64,000 bases of DNA from Candidatus Hermodarchaeota archaeon (GTDB lineage: Archaea > Asgardarchaeota > Thorarchaeia > Thorarchaeales > Thorarchaeaceae). Below the pieces are notes generated by a model that was given only the letters and a program-made list of their open reading frames with translations, did no database searches and was not told the DNA's origin. Both the position numbers and the translations under genes were made by a program. This document shows, piece by piece, positions 9,816-18,521 of the stretch. The stretch is from NCBI GenBank assembly GCA_048885865.1, contig JBHLLF010000002.1, positions 141,070 through 205,069 of the forward strand, written 5' to 3'. How positions within the stretch are numbered: position 1 is the first letter of the stretch; each line of letters begins with the position of its first letter.

Positions 9816-11396
9816 ATGTCACAAGAAGTACTCTTTCTAAGGCCAACCTCAGGGCTGACCAAGTATTTCGGTACATGGACCTCTCTGTTCGCAATTATTG
9901 GTGCAAGTCTAGGAACGTATCAATGGCTATTTGTTGGTATTCTACAGGATCTCTACCCGGGTATCAATGCCGGCATGACATGGGGAATAGGTATGTTCTT
10001 CATGCTCCTGTATACCCTCATGATGACACTCCTGTCTATGGCCATGCCTCGTTCTTCAGGCCTATACCAAATCTCTGCAAGAGGATTTAATCCAGTTGCG
10101 GGGACAATTGCGGTTTGGCGTGGTATAATAGCCAATCCCATCATCAAGACAAGTGAGTTCTACCTCTTTCTTGTATTCCTGGGCGCTGCATTCGCTCAGT
10201 GGGGCGCAGTTACGAATAATGCCGCAATGCAAGGACTCGGGGCTACCTTCTCCACACAGGAGCCGATGGTACTTGTTTTTGTTTCAATTCTATTAATGGC
10301 GTTATTCTCAGTAATTGCATACTTAGGGCCATTACTCAAGATGGAACCCAGGATACAGATGGCGGGAGGGGTCTTCTCCACAATTGGATGGTTAATGGCG
10401 CTCTTCGTTCTCCTTGGTACTCCAACAACTGCTGTCCAGGGCCGCTGGGATGCAGTTTGGGGTGCAGGAGCGTATACAGAGGTGCAAACAGTGGCCGCTG
10501 CTGCAGGGTATGCAGCACCGGTGTTTAGTATAGAAATGACACTGTTGGCAACGGTGTGGCCTATAGGCCTAACGTGGCCATATCTTATCCTGCTTTATGG
10601 TGGAGAGGTATCAGATCCAGCAAAGAACCTAGTGCTGACTCAGCTTCTGGGTGGGCTAATTCTTGCTGGATTGTTAACAGCAGGTGCTGGACTATTCCAA
10701 GGGGTCTTTGGGACCTTCTCAAGTGAATATGGCGTGGCAGCAGCATCAGGCAACTTGACGCAAACAGGTGTCTTCCAAGGAGGCTTAGGGACATTCACTG
10801 CGGTGTTAGCTGCAAATCCGTTTATCTCTGGATGGATATTACTTTCACCAGTAGTCATCGGACTTACAGCAACTCCAATAAATATGGCGTGGGTCACGAG
10901 AGGATTCTTCCAGGCTTCACTCGACAGAATGATGCCATCCGTCTTCGGCAGGCTCTCGAAGTATCACACACCAACCTATGCAATCCTATACTACTTCCTA
11001 TTTGGTGCTCCGTTTGCATTTGCCTACGCAAATCCAGGGCTAAGTGGCTTCCTGGCCGTAGTCACTTCGCTAGTGGGATTGTGGGGCATCGAGATGCTAT
11101 TCCAGTCAATGGCTGCGTTACAATTGCCCTTCATACGGCGGCCGTTATATGAAGGGAGTATAAGAGCGCAACCTGAGATCGGCGGATTTGCCTTGGTATC
11201 GTTACTTGGCGTAATCATATTGCCAGTATCGTTATTCCTATTGATTGGCTTCTTCCAAGGGGCAGCATTTCTGTCGATCGTCTCGATGTGCGTCCAATAT
11301 GGATTCTCGGCGTTATGGTTTGTGTATTTTGCACGGCGGTTACAGAAGCAGAATATAGACCTCGATGCAATATACACGTCATTATCACCTGAGTAA
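9816..11396 (+). CDS. APC superfamily amino-acid permease (copy A)
   Basis: About 12 TM segments; FLRPTSGL, AMPRSSGLY, GGEVSDP.KN, DRMMPSVF..LSKYHTP, C-terminal IYTSLSPE. Confidence 0.88.
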   Translation: MSQEVLFLRPTSGLTKYFGTWTSLFAIIGASLGTYQWLFVGILQDLYPGINAGMTWGIGMFFMLLYTLMMTLLSMAMPRSSGLYQISARGFNPVAGTIAVWRGIIANPIIKTSEFYLFLVFLGAAFAQWGAVTNNAAMQGLGATFSTQEPMVLVFVSILLMALFSVIAYLGPLLKMEPRIQMAGGVFSTIGWLMALFVLLGTPTTAVQGRWDAVWGAGAYTEVQTVAAAAGYAAPVFSIEMTLLATVWPIGLTWPYLILLYGGEVSDPAKNLVLTQLLGGLILAGLLTAGAGLFQGVFGTFSSEYGVAAASGNLTQTGVFQGGLGTFTAVLAANPFISGWILLSPVVIGLTATPINMAWVTRGFFQASLDRMMPSVFGRLSKYHTPTYAILYYFLFGAPFAFAYANPGLSGFLAVVTSLVGLWGIEMLFQSMAALQLPFIRRPLYEGSIRAQPEIGGFALVSLLGVIILPVSLFLLIGFFQGAAFLSIVSMCVQYGFSALWFVYFARRLQKQNIDLDAIYTSLSPE

Positions 11397-11406
11397 ATCC
11401 ACCATA

Positions 11407-11449
11407 GCCTGAGGACTAACAACCCTCGGGCATCCCCTTCTTTTTTTTT
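11407..11449 (+). terminator. Hairpin plus T9 tract after APC permease A
   Basis: gcctgagg...cctcgggc stem (one G-U pair), then ccccttc and ttttttttt. Confidence 0.6.
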
Positions 11450-11622
11450 GAATTGAATCTTCATGAATATAATATAAGTTAAATCCCAGCGACTATCAGT
11501 CGTTTAAGAAGAACGACTAGAGATATAAGACCCACAGACAATAAGCGAGGTTGCGTGAAGCGTTCAAGCAGCTCACAATTCTGTGTATTCATGCTTGTAT
11601 CATATACAGGAGGAGAAATGAC

Positions 11623-12273
11623 ATGAGTCCCGATATATTCGAGGATTTGGAAAAAGCCGTCATTGAAGGAGATTCTGAGCAATGCGAGGATCTCGCAAAG
11701 AAATCATTGGAGCAAAACATACCTCCCCTTGACGCTATCACCAATGGACTTGCAAAAGGCGTGAAATCTGTTGGAGACAAGTTCAGCAAAGGGGAAGTCT
11801 TTCTGGTTGAGCTAATCATGGCTGGAGATGCCATGAAAGCTGGCATGTCTGTCTTACTACCAGAAATAAAAGCATCCAAGGCTGAGATGAAGACGCTTGG
11901 AAAGGTCATACTTGGTACTGTGGCGGGTGATATCCATAGCATCGGCAAGGATATTGTCGCTACACTTCTAGAAGCAGAGGGTTTTGAAGTGATTAACGTT
12001 GGTGAGGATATTGCCTCTGAGGTATTCGTTGAGAAGGTGAAGGAACACTCACCCGACATATTAGGACTGTCTTCTCTATTGACAGCTACAATGCCAGCGC
12101 AAAAGGAAGTTATCGAAAAGCTAGTTGAAGCTGGATTGAAGGATAAAGTGAAGGTCATTATTGGAGGGGCGCCCACAACCAATGAGTGGGCAGTCGAAAT
12201 AGGGGCTAATGGCTGGGCGGGAGATGCAGTTAGTGCAGTTGAACTAGTGAAGCAGCTGGTAGGCGAGAATTGA
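11623..12273 (+). CDS. Corrinoid (B12-binding) methyl-acceptor protein, MttC/MtbC family
   Basis: Cap domain followed by GTVAGDIHSIGKDIV (DxHxxG), GLSSLLTAT, IIGGAP. ATG 11623 follows an aggag SD motif. Confidence 0.95.
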   Translation: MSPDIFEDLEKAVIEGDSEQCEDLAKKSLEQNIPPLDAITNGLAKGVKSVGDKFSKGEVFLVELIMAGDAMKAGMSVLLPEIKASKAEMKTLGKVILGTVAGDIHSIGKDIVATLLEAEGFEVINVGEDIASEVFVEKVKEHSPDILGLSSLLTATMPAQKEVIEKLVEAGLKDKVKVIIGGAPTTNEWAVEIGANGWAGDAVSAVELVKQLVGEN

Positions 12274-12290
12274 ACTAGAGGTGATATTGC

Positions 12291-13730
12291 ATGTTTAATT
12301 TACTAGGTAGAAACGAAATAGCCGACATCCATGTAGCAGCCATGGAGGTTCTTGAAAATGTTGGAGTAATGGTTCAACATGATAAGGCACTGAAACTACT
12401 CGGGGATGCAGGAGCAGATGTAGATAAGAAGTCCAAAGTGGTGAAAATCCCTGAGAGCCTGTTGCAGGATGCTCTGCAGAAATCGCCTGGAAGGCATTTG
12501 ATGGCATCGCGGAATCCGAAGTACGATTTTGTGATTGGAGATGGAGCGTCATATTATACGAATGCATTTGGAGCTCATTATACTATAGACTTGGAAACGG
12601 GTGAACGAAGACTATCTACACTGAAGGATCTAGAGGAGTTCACACTTCTTGCAGATTACTTCGCAACTGTAGACTACATCAAGCCAAACATCCTTCCACA
12701 AGATGTGTCTAAAACCATCTGGGAACAAGAAATGGCTTTGGCTATGTTCAAAAGTGCTGAGAAGCATCTAAGCTTAGTCGCATTAACTCCTCAGGGGTGG
12801 AGAGATGTGATTAGAATGTCAATGATTGTGGCTGGGGGTGAGGAGGAGTTCATCAAGAATCCATCCTTTATTGATACAGGATTCAATAATGTTCCCCCCC
12901 TCAAGTATACGCCAGAAATCATTGATATGATCCTGGAATGCGCGAAATACAAGATACCATTTGACATCAGTACTGGTGCCCTCGCTAGCGCCAGTGCTCC
13001 AGTTACGCTAGCAGGAACAATAGTGCAGGGGATAGTTGAGAACCACGTAATTGTAGTCCTAACTCAGCTTGTGGGACCTGGTACACCCATTATGTGGGGG
13101 TCCTGCGCAACCATTCTTGACCAACGATATGGGACCGCAGCCTATGGGTCGCCTGAGAATGGACTAATTCACGCGGCGTTTTCCCAGATGGCTCGATTCT
13201 ATGGCATTCCCTACTACGGTGCGGCTGGAGTCATTGACTCAAAGATTCCTGATCATCAGGCCGTATATGAGAACACCATCAATGTACTAGTTGCAACCCT
13301 TGCTGGCGCTGATGTTGTACACGACGCAGTATACGGAATAGTTGAAGCTGGAGTGACTGCTAGCTATGAGTTGTTCGGAATAAGCAATGAAATCTGTGGA
13401 GCCATAAAGCGAATCGCAAAAGGTATGAGAGTGACAAAGGAGACCCTTGCTGCTGATCTTATTGCAGCAGTGGGACATGAAAAGAACTATCTCAATACCC
13501 CAGAAGCATTGAGATTTACAAAGAAGCATCTACTAGAGGAACAATGGCAGCCTGTTTTGACTGAACGGGCTTCCAGACCGGAATGGGAAAAGAGAGGTTC
13601 GAAAGACATGTTCCAGAGGGCAAAGGAACAAGTCAAGGAGATTCTCTCCAGTCATGAGGTTGAACCTCTGGGCAAAGATGTGGAAGCAGAAATGCGGAAG
13701 ATTATAGACAAGAGATCTAAAGGAAAATAG
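12291..13730 (+). CDS. Trimethylamine methyltransferase (MttB) superfamily, non-pyrrolysine type
   Basis: IHVAAMEVLENVGV, SAPVTLAG, PGTPI, GSPE, YGIPYYGAAGVIDSKIPDHQA; no in-frame amber codon. Confidence 0.92.
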   Translation: MFNLLGRNEIADIHVAAMEVLENVGVMVQHDKALKLLGDAGADVDKKSKVVKIPESLLQDALQKSPGRHLMASRNPKYDFVIGDGASYYTNAFGAHYTIDLETGERRLSTLKDLEEFTLLADYFATVDYIKPNILPQDVSKTIWEQEMALAMFKSAEKHLSLVALTPQGWRDVIRMSMIVAGGEEEFIKNPSFIDTGFNNVPPLKYTPEIIDMILECAKYKIPFDISTGALASASAPVTLAGTIVQGIVENHVIVVLTQLVGPGTPIMWGSCATILDQRYGTAAYGSPENGLIHAAFSQMARFYGIPYYGAAGVIDSKIPDHQAVYENTINVLVATLAGADVVHDAVYGIVEAGVTASYELFGISNEICGAIKRIAKGMRVTKETLAADLIAAVGHEKNYLNTPEALRFTKKHLLEEQWQPVLTERASRPEWEKRGSKDMFQRAKEQVKEILSSHEVEPLGKDVEAEMRKIIDKRSKGK

Positions 13731-13743
13731 AAGGAACGAAGGA

Positions 13744-14223
13744 GTGTTAGAGATGGAGGAACCCTCAGCGGACGATGTCAGAAAAGTCGGTATGTCTACA
13801 GTGGCTGCTGCGCATACTGTATATGTTGAAACAGTGAGAAGGCAATTCGGTGAGAAAGGGCTTGAGGCACTTGGCGAGGCAAATCGTCTTCATGGCATAG
13901 AACTGGGAGAGGATGGTGTCAAGAGCGGAGGACTCAGAAAAGGTGATCTAAGGTCTATTTACGAGTTCTTTGCTGCCGCTCATCCTTTCTTTGGATTTGA
14001 ACTAGAGATATCTGACATTTCGGATACTTTACTTGACCTCAAAGTCACTGCGTGTCCATGGATTGACACATTTCGAACAAAGGGTGCCAATGAAGACATC
14101 TGTCACTGGGTATGCAAGATTGACGAAGGCATCGCGCAAGCAGTTGACTCAGACCTCAGCATGACCATTCCTCTTTGCATGATGCGTGGAGATAACTATT
14201 GCATCTATAGATGGCAGAAGTAG
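13744..14223 (+). CDS. ATC-hydrolase/V4R-like small protein
   Basis: VTACPW, ICHWVCKID, CMMRGDNYC pattern. Confidence 0.7.
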   Translation: MLEMEEPSADDVRKVGMSTVAAAHTVYVETVRRQFGEKGLEALGEANRLHGIELGEDGVKSGGLRKGDLRSIYEFFAAAHPFFGFELEISDISDTLLDLKVTACPWIDTFRTKGANEDICHWVCKIDEGIAQAVDSDLSMTIPLCMMRGDNYCIYRWQK

Positions 14224-14396
14224 ACAGCTACCCCTTTCAAAGGAATGCTGGAACACCTAAGAGGCAAATGTGAATCTACATCCACTCCTTTTGGACCTTT
14301 AACATGGTTTAAACCGGAGTGCTTAATTAACCCCGGACCACACTCCTTCGTTAAATCACGGATAGTGAGGTCCGTCCTCAGACTGGAGGTCCTAAT

Positions 14397-15782
14397 ATGG
14401 TTGATGTGAAGAAGATAACGGAGCTTCTCGTCGATGTGGTTGGCTCAGACCGAGTTACCGATAGGGACTTCGATATTATCCCCTATAGCAGAGACCTTAG
14501 TCCTGCAAAGCAGAAGAAGCCGAGCCACGTAGTGATGCCAGAAACCCGTGAAGAAATTCAGGGCATTCTGAAGATTGCCAATGACATTGATGTTCCAGTA
14601 TATGTCAGGGGCGGCGGCACCTCACACTGGGATGCCTTTCTCCCTCAGGTATCTGGTCCAAGTATTATGTTAGACCTGGGAAGGATGAACAAGATTCTTG
14701 ACATAAATGAGAGGGATCTTGTGGCGACTGTCCAACCCAACTGTACCTGGGCCAAGTTGGATCAGGAACTACGTGACAAAGGTCTAACCTATCTTTGCAG
14801 TGAAGCTGGCGGTCCTGCCATGACTATTGGCGGCTCAGTGATGAAAGCCGGAGGAGGTCCACATTCCACTGCAAAGTTCGGATTCCATGGGAATCAAGAT
14901 GTGATAACTCTCGAAATGGTCATGCCAAATGGTGATGTTGTGGAAACAGGCAGTGCCGCTTGGCCTAGTGCAGGTAAGTTTGAACGGCAATGCCTGGGCC
15001 CAGACCTGGCTGGGATGTTCATAGGCGCAGAGGGAATTCTTGGAATCTGCACTGAACTAACTCTGCGAATTCGTCCCGCGGTTGATATTAGTGAGCGGTT
15101 GACTGCGGTCATGCCAACGCTTGATGAAGTGATTGAGTTCGGCCATTTCATCAATCAGCATGTGGGGGATGAGTTTTTGCAGGGGATATACCTGTGGGTG
15201 GATCCTACTGCTCCTGATGTGTTCTTTCTGATGATGGATATCTTTGGCTATGAGCAAGAGATTGTCGCACATCGCAAGAAACGAATTGAGGATAAGATTA
15301 AGGAGCTGGGCGGTGAGATTGGAGACCGTGCCCCTGCAGATGACTATTATGGTCGGATTCTTACAGGGCTCACTGATTTGTTCAAAACTGGTGTTTGGCA
15401 CTTCTTTGGCTCAGGCTCTTTGAGAATAGATGATATCTCATTTCTTTACAAGGTCTGGAGGGAGGAGGTTATCGAGAAGAGAGGATACACAAAGGCTGGA
15501 TTTGGTGGACAGGTCCTGCCGAGGCGATGGCTGGCCTTCATGGTAACTAACTACAAAGAGCCTGAAGAATGGGATGAGCTTGTCAAGATGTGTGATGAGA
15601 TAGATGAAATGGTGCTGGCTGGGCCAGTGGTTCCTTATGGAATAGGCGGGCGAGACGGGCTTCGTCAATTTGTAGCTGCACGTGACACTGGCTATTATCG
15701 CTTGCTGAAGACTTTGAAGCGAACACTAGATCCCAAGAATATCCTGCAACGTGGCATATTCATACCGGAGGAGGAGTTCTGA
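14397..15782 (+). CDS. FAD-binding (GlcD/D-lactate dehydrogenase-like) oxidoreductase
   Basis: VVMPET..EI, VRGGGTS, LDLGRMNKIL, TIGG, FIGAEGILGICTELTL, LKRTLDPKNIL. Confidence 0.9.
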   Translation: MVDVKKITELLVDVVGSDRVTDRDFDIIPYSRDLSPAKQKKPSHVVMPETREEIQGILKIANDIDVPVYVRGGGTSHWDAFLPQVSGPSIMLDLGRMNKILDINERDLVATVQPNCTWAKLDQELRDKGLTYLCSEAGGPAMTIGGSVMKAGGGPHSTAKFGFHGNQDVITLEMVMPNGDVVETGSAAWPSAGKFERQCLGPDLAGMFIGAEGILGICTELTLRIRPAVDISERLTAVMPTLDEVIEFGHFINQHVGDEFLQGIYLWVDPTAPDVFFLMMDIFGYEQEIVAHRKKRIEDKIKELGGEIGDRAPADDYYGRILTGLTDLFKTGVWHFFGSGSLRIDDISFLYKVWREEVIEKRGYTKAGFGGQVLPRRWLAFMVTNYKEPEEWDELVKMCDEIDEMVLAGPVVPYGIGGRDGLRQFVAARDTGYYRLLKTLKRTLDPKNILQRGIFIPEEEF

Positions 15783-16976
15783 ATGAGAATCGAGGACTAC
15801 AAGGATATGATCTATGCATGCGGTAGATGCAATCTGTGTCATGGGGCAGATTTCGATGAGCGATGTCCTGAACTCTTCACCCAATATTGGGAATCGTCGA
15901 CTCTGAGAGGCCGGATGGCCATTGCTAGTGGCATTCTGGAGGGGAAGCTTGACTATTCTGAGGAGATGGCTGAACGAATTTTCGGTTGCTTCATGTGTGG
16001 CCGTTGTCAAGAGGAATGCAAGAAGGCGGCAGATATCAATACAATTGATATTACGAAGGCCATGAGAGCTGATTTCGTGGAAAAGGGGATCAAGATTCCC
16101 GAAGCCGGAGCAAAGATGGCTGATACCGTTGTGGATAGTGGGAATATCTTTGCTGATCCGCCAGCTGAGCACACAAAGTGGGCTGAGGGCCTGAAATTCA
16201 CAAATGATGCCAAAACCCTGTTCTATCCGGGATGTTTAGCCAGTCATCGATTCAAGGAGAAGACCAGAATACTTGTGCAAACATTGCAGGCCGCGGGATA
16301 CGAACTCAACTTCCTAGGAGAGAAACAGAGATGCTGTGGGACGCCCTATTGGATAACTGGCAAAGACTCCGAAGCAAAAAGCAATGCAGAAGATTTCGTC
16401 AATATGCTTACCGAGCTAGGGATACGAGAAATAATCACTCCCTGTCCCAGCTGCTTTCGAGCTCTTGATGAGGAATATCCAAAGTTGCTGGGAAAAGAGG
16501 TTCCATTCCGAGTGAGGCATACTAGCCAGGTCCTTCAGGAGATTGTGGAAGGAAAGAAACTCAAGTTCAAAGTTCCAATTGATAAGAAAGTGACCTACCA
16601 TGACCCATGTGAAATTGGAAGACTCCGGGGAATATACGATCCTGGACGCACTGTCCTCAATGCGCTACCCGGCGTCGAGCTAATTGAGATGGGGCGAAAT
16701 CGCGAGGAAGCATTTTGCTGCGGCGGAGGTGGAGGAGTCAAAATCATGTACGAGGACCATTCCAATAAGGTCGCAGAGGAACGCATCGGCGATTTCATCG
16801 AGACCAATGCTGACCTACTCACAACAATCTGTCCGGCATGCGAGATGAATCTCACCCATGGTACTTACGCGGCTGATATTGAAGCAAGAGTCTTGGATGT
16901 TGCAGAACTTGTAGCTGTTGCAGCCGGCATTGTAGATAGGGAGATACTTGAGCCTGACTATTTCCCTGAGGACTAA
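15783..16976 (+). CDS. GlcF/HdrD-like Fe-S oxidoreductase (2x[4Fe-4S] plus two CCG domains)
   Basis: CGRCNLC..CP, CFMCGRCQEEC, YPGC, CCG, CPSC, YHDPC, CCGGGGG, CPAC; ATG directly follows the upstream TGA. Confidence 0.93.
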   Translation: MRIEDYKDMIYACGRCNLCHGADFDERCPELFTQYWESSTLRGRMAIASGILEGKLDYSEEMAERIFGCFMCGRCQEECKKAADINTIDITKAMRADFVEKGIKIPEAGAKMADTVVDSGNIFADPPAEHTKWAEGLKFTNDAKTLFYPGCLASHRFKEKTRILVQTLQAAGYELNFLGEKQRCCGTPYWITGKDSEAKSNAEDFVNMLTELGIREIITPCPSCFRALDEEYPKLLGKEVPFRVRHTSQVLQEIVEGKKLKFKVPIDKKVTYHDPCEIGRLRGIYDPGRTVLNALPGVELIEMGRNREEAFCCGGGGGVKIMYEDHSNKVAEERIGDFIETNADLLTTICPACEMNLTHGTYAADIEARVLDVAELVAVAAGIVDREILEPDYFPED

Positions 16977-16984
16977 CTATTGGT

Positions 16985-17275
16985 CTATCCCCCAACTGCA
17001 GCAATCATGAATACAATGAGGTCTCCTCGCGAGAGCTTTGTTTTCTCTCCCTGATGTGCTACCATGTTTTTACCATTCACAATGACAATTGCATCTCTTC
17101 GCAGCTTGCCGCTGCCCTTCTCTTCAAGGTATGGCTCGAATCTCTCCCCATAAGATTCTCGAAGGTCGTCAATCAGGTCTCTGACAGTAGCTCCGTCTTG
17201 AGTTTCAAAGCTGAATTTGTCATGTTCATGTGACTTGAGCCCCTTATTCATGAGTTTGACAAAGACCTCTGTCAT
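16985..17275 (-). CDS. MoaD/ThiS/SAMP ubiquitin-like sulfur carrier
   Basis: GATVRDLI, IVIVNGKN, LSRGDLI, C-terminal AVGG; ATG 17275. Confidence 0.9.
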   Translation of the reverse strand: MTEVFVKLMNKGLKSHEHDKFSFETQDGATVRDLIDDLRESYGERFEPYLEEKGSGKLRRDAIVIVNGKNMVAHQGEKTKLSRGDLIVFMIAAVGG

Positions 17276-17486
17276 GGCATACACTTCCTTAACATTCAAG
17301 TCAAAATAGCCAAAGTTTAAGTTAAGTATGACGGAACAGTCTCTAAGCATGAGGGCATATTAAGCCACCACAAGTGTTTTCAGGCGGTAGCTCTCGTGCC
17401 TACACAAGAGTGATATACCCTAAGCAGGGCTGAATGAAACATCAAACAGGGAACTTGCCATCACCGGCAAAAGAAGGCTGGTCTAA

Positions 17487-18272
17487 TTGACTGAAACGAA
17501 TGGACACCGACTAACATTGAAAGAGTGGCTTGCTGCGCACGCACGTACTGAACCTGTACATTATAGGAAAATTGCTGAGGCTCTTGGTCGTGATGCCGCT
17601 TCAGTTTCTGCATCGCTATCTATTGAGAGAAAACAAGCCGAGGAGGACAATAGACCACCCTATTTCGTTAGAATTCGACCTGGCCTATATCAGTATAATG
17701 ACCTCTGTGAGGGTGCTGTTGATGAGGACCTAATAAGAGAGGTTCGTGATCGTGCAGAAGAGTTCAACCTAGCTACCCGCAGAGAGATGCGACAGAGGAT
17801 TGCTAATCTTGACATCCATGGGTTTGAAGAGCTAGCGAAGATCATTCTACTGAACATCAGGGCCAGAGTCGAGAAATCTGAAGTTATCAGGCGCTACAAC
17901 AACACTATTGTCATGACCACATCTTGGCGAGACGATGGAGGGAGGTCTCCTGTTGTTGTATATGCGAGGAAATGTCGTCTTGACGAGAAGATAGAACGTG
18001 ATACAATACTTGAGATCCGTGGCGCTCTCCCGACCTTCAAGGCCAATCAGGGAGTTCTAATATCGAATGGGATTGTTACCCCTGAGGGGAAGGACGAGGC
18101 TCTAGGCTATGCAGGTGCTGATGTGAAGGTTTCAGTACCTCCTGTCCACCTGATGGACATTGAGATATGCCTTAACATTCTTCTAGAGAGCCGCACCGGC
18201 GTGAGAGAGAGAAAAGTCGAGGTTCTTATCCCGGACGATGAGTTTTGGGAACGTCTATCCACAGAAGAGTAG
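17487..18272 (+). CDS. wHTH (HARE-HTH-like) plus Mrr-like endonuclease-fold protein, catalytic motif degenerate
   Basis: N-terminal VHYRKIAEAL...FVRIRPGLY; C-terminal FEELAKIIL, EIRGAL, QGVLISNG.VT, VHLMD resemble Mrr_cat. Confidence 0.65.
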   Translation: MTETNGHRLTLKEWLAAHARTEPVHYRKIAEALGRDAASVSASLSIERKQAEEDNRPPYFVRIRPGLYQYNDLCEGAVDEDLIREVRDRAEEFNLATRREMRQRIANLDIHGFEELAKIILLNIRARVEKSEVIRRYNNTIVMTTSWRDDGGRSPVVVYARKCRLDEKIERDTILEIRGALPTFKANQGVLISNGIVTPEGKDEALGYAGADVKVSVPPVHLMDIEICLNILLESRTGVRERKVEVLIPDDEFWERLSTEE

Positions 18273-18521
18273 CGTTCCAATCATGAGTCAACACGCATTC
18301 GACTCAGGCCGTCATTTACATCCAAGTTCTACATTAGTCGATGGGATAATACTCAATTCATTGTATAGGTATTGTATTAAATCGCAAAATGTTAACTTTT
18401 TCATAAAGTAGCGCACGAAAGGCGCGCCTTAAGGTTTTAATAGAGGAAATGCGTTACTTCTGGCTCATCACGGAGAGAGATTCACAATTCACCGTGAGAG
18501 AGAAATTTGGAGAAGAACGCA

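Noticed and set aside
11589-12182. 197-aa antisense ORF, and similar ones such as 28176-28772 and 53295-53774
   Set aside because: They mirror well-supported genes on the other strand and carry no motifs.
12291-13730. Pyrrolysine readthrough in MttB
   Set aside because: The ORF is uninterrupted and Val occupies the Pyl position.
15780-15785. TGA-ATG junction as a selenocysteine readthrough fusing GlcD and GlcF
   Set aside because: In frame, but both proteins look complete, the position is not a Cys-equivalent site, and I saw no SECIS; translational coupling is the simpler reading.
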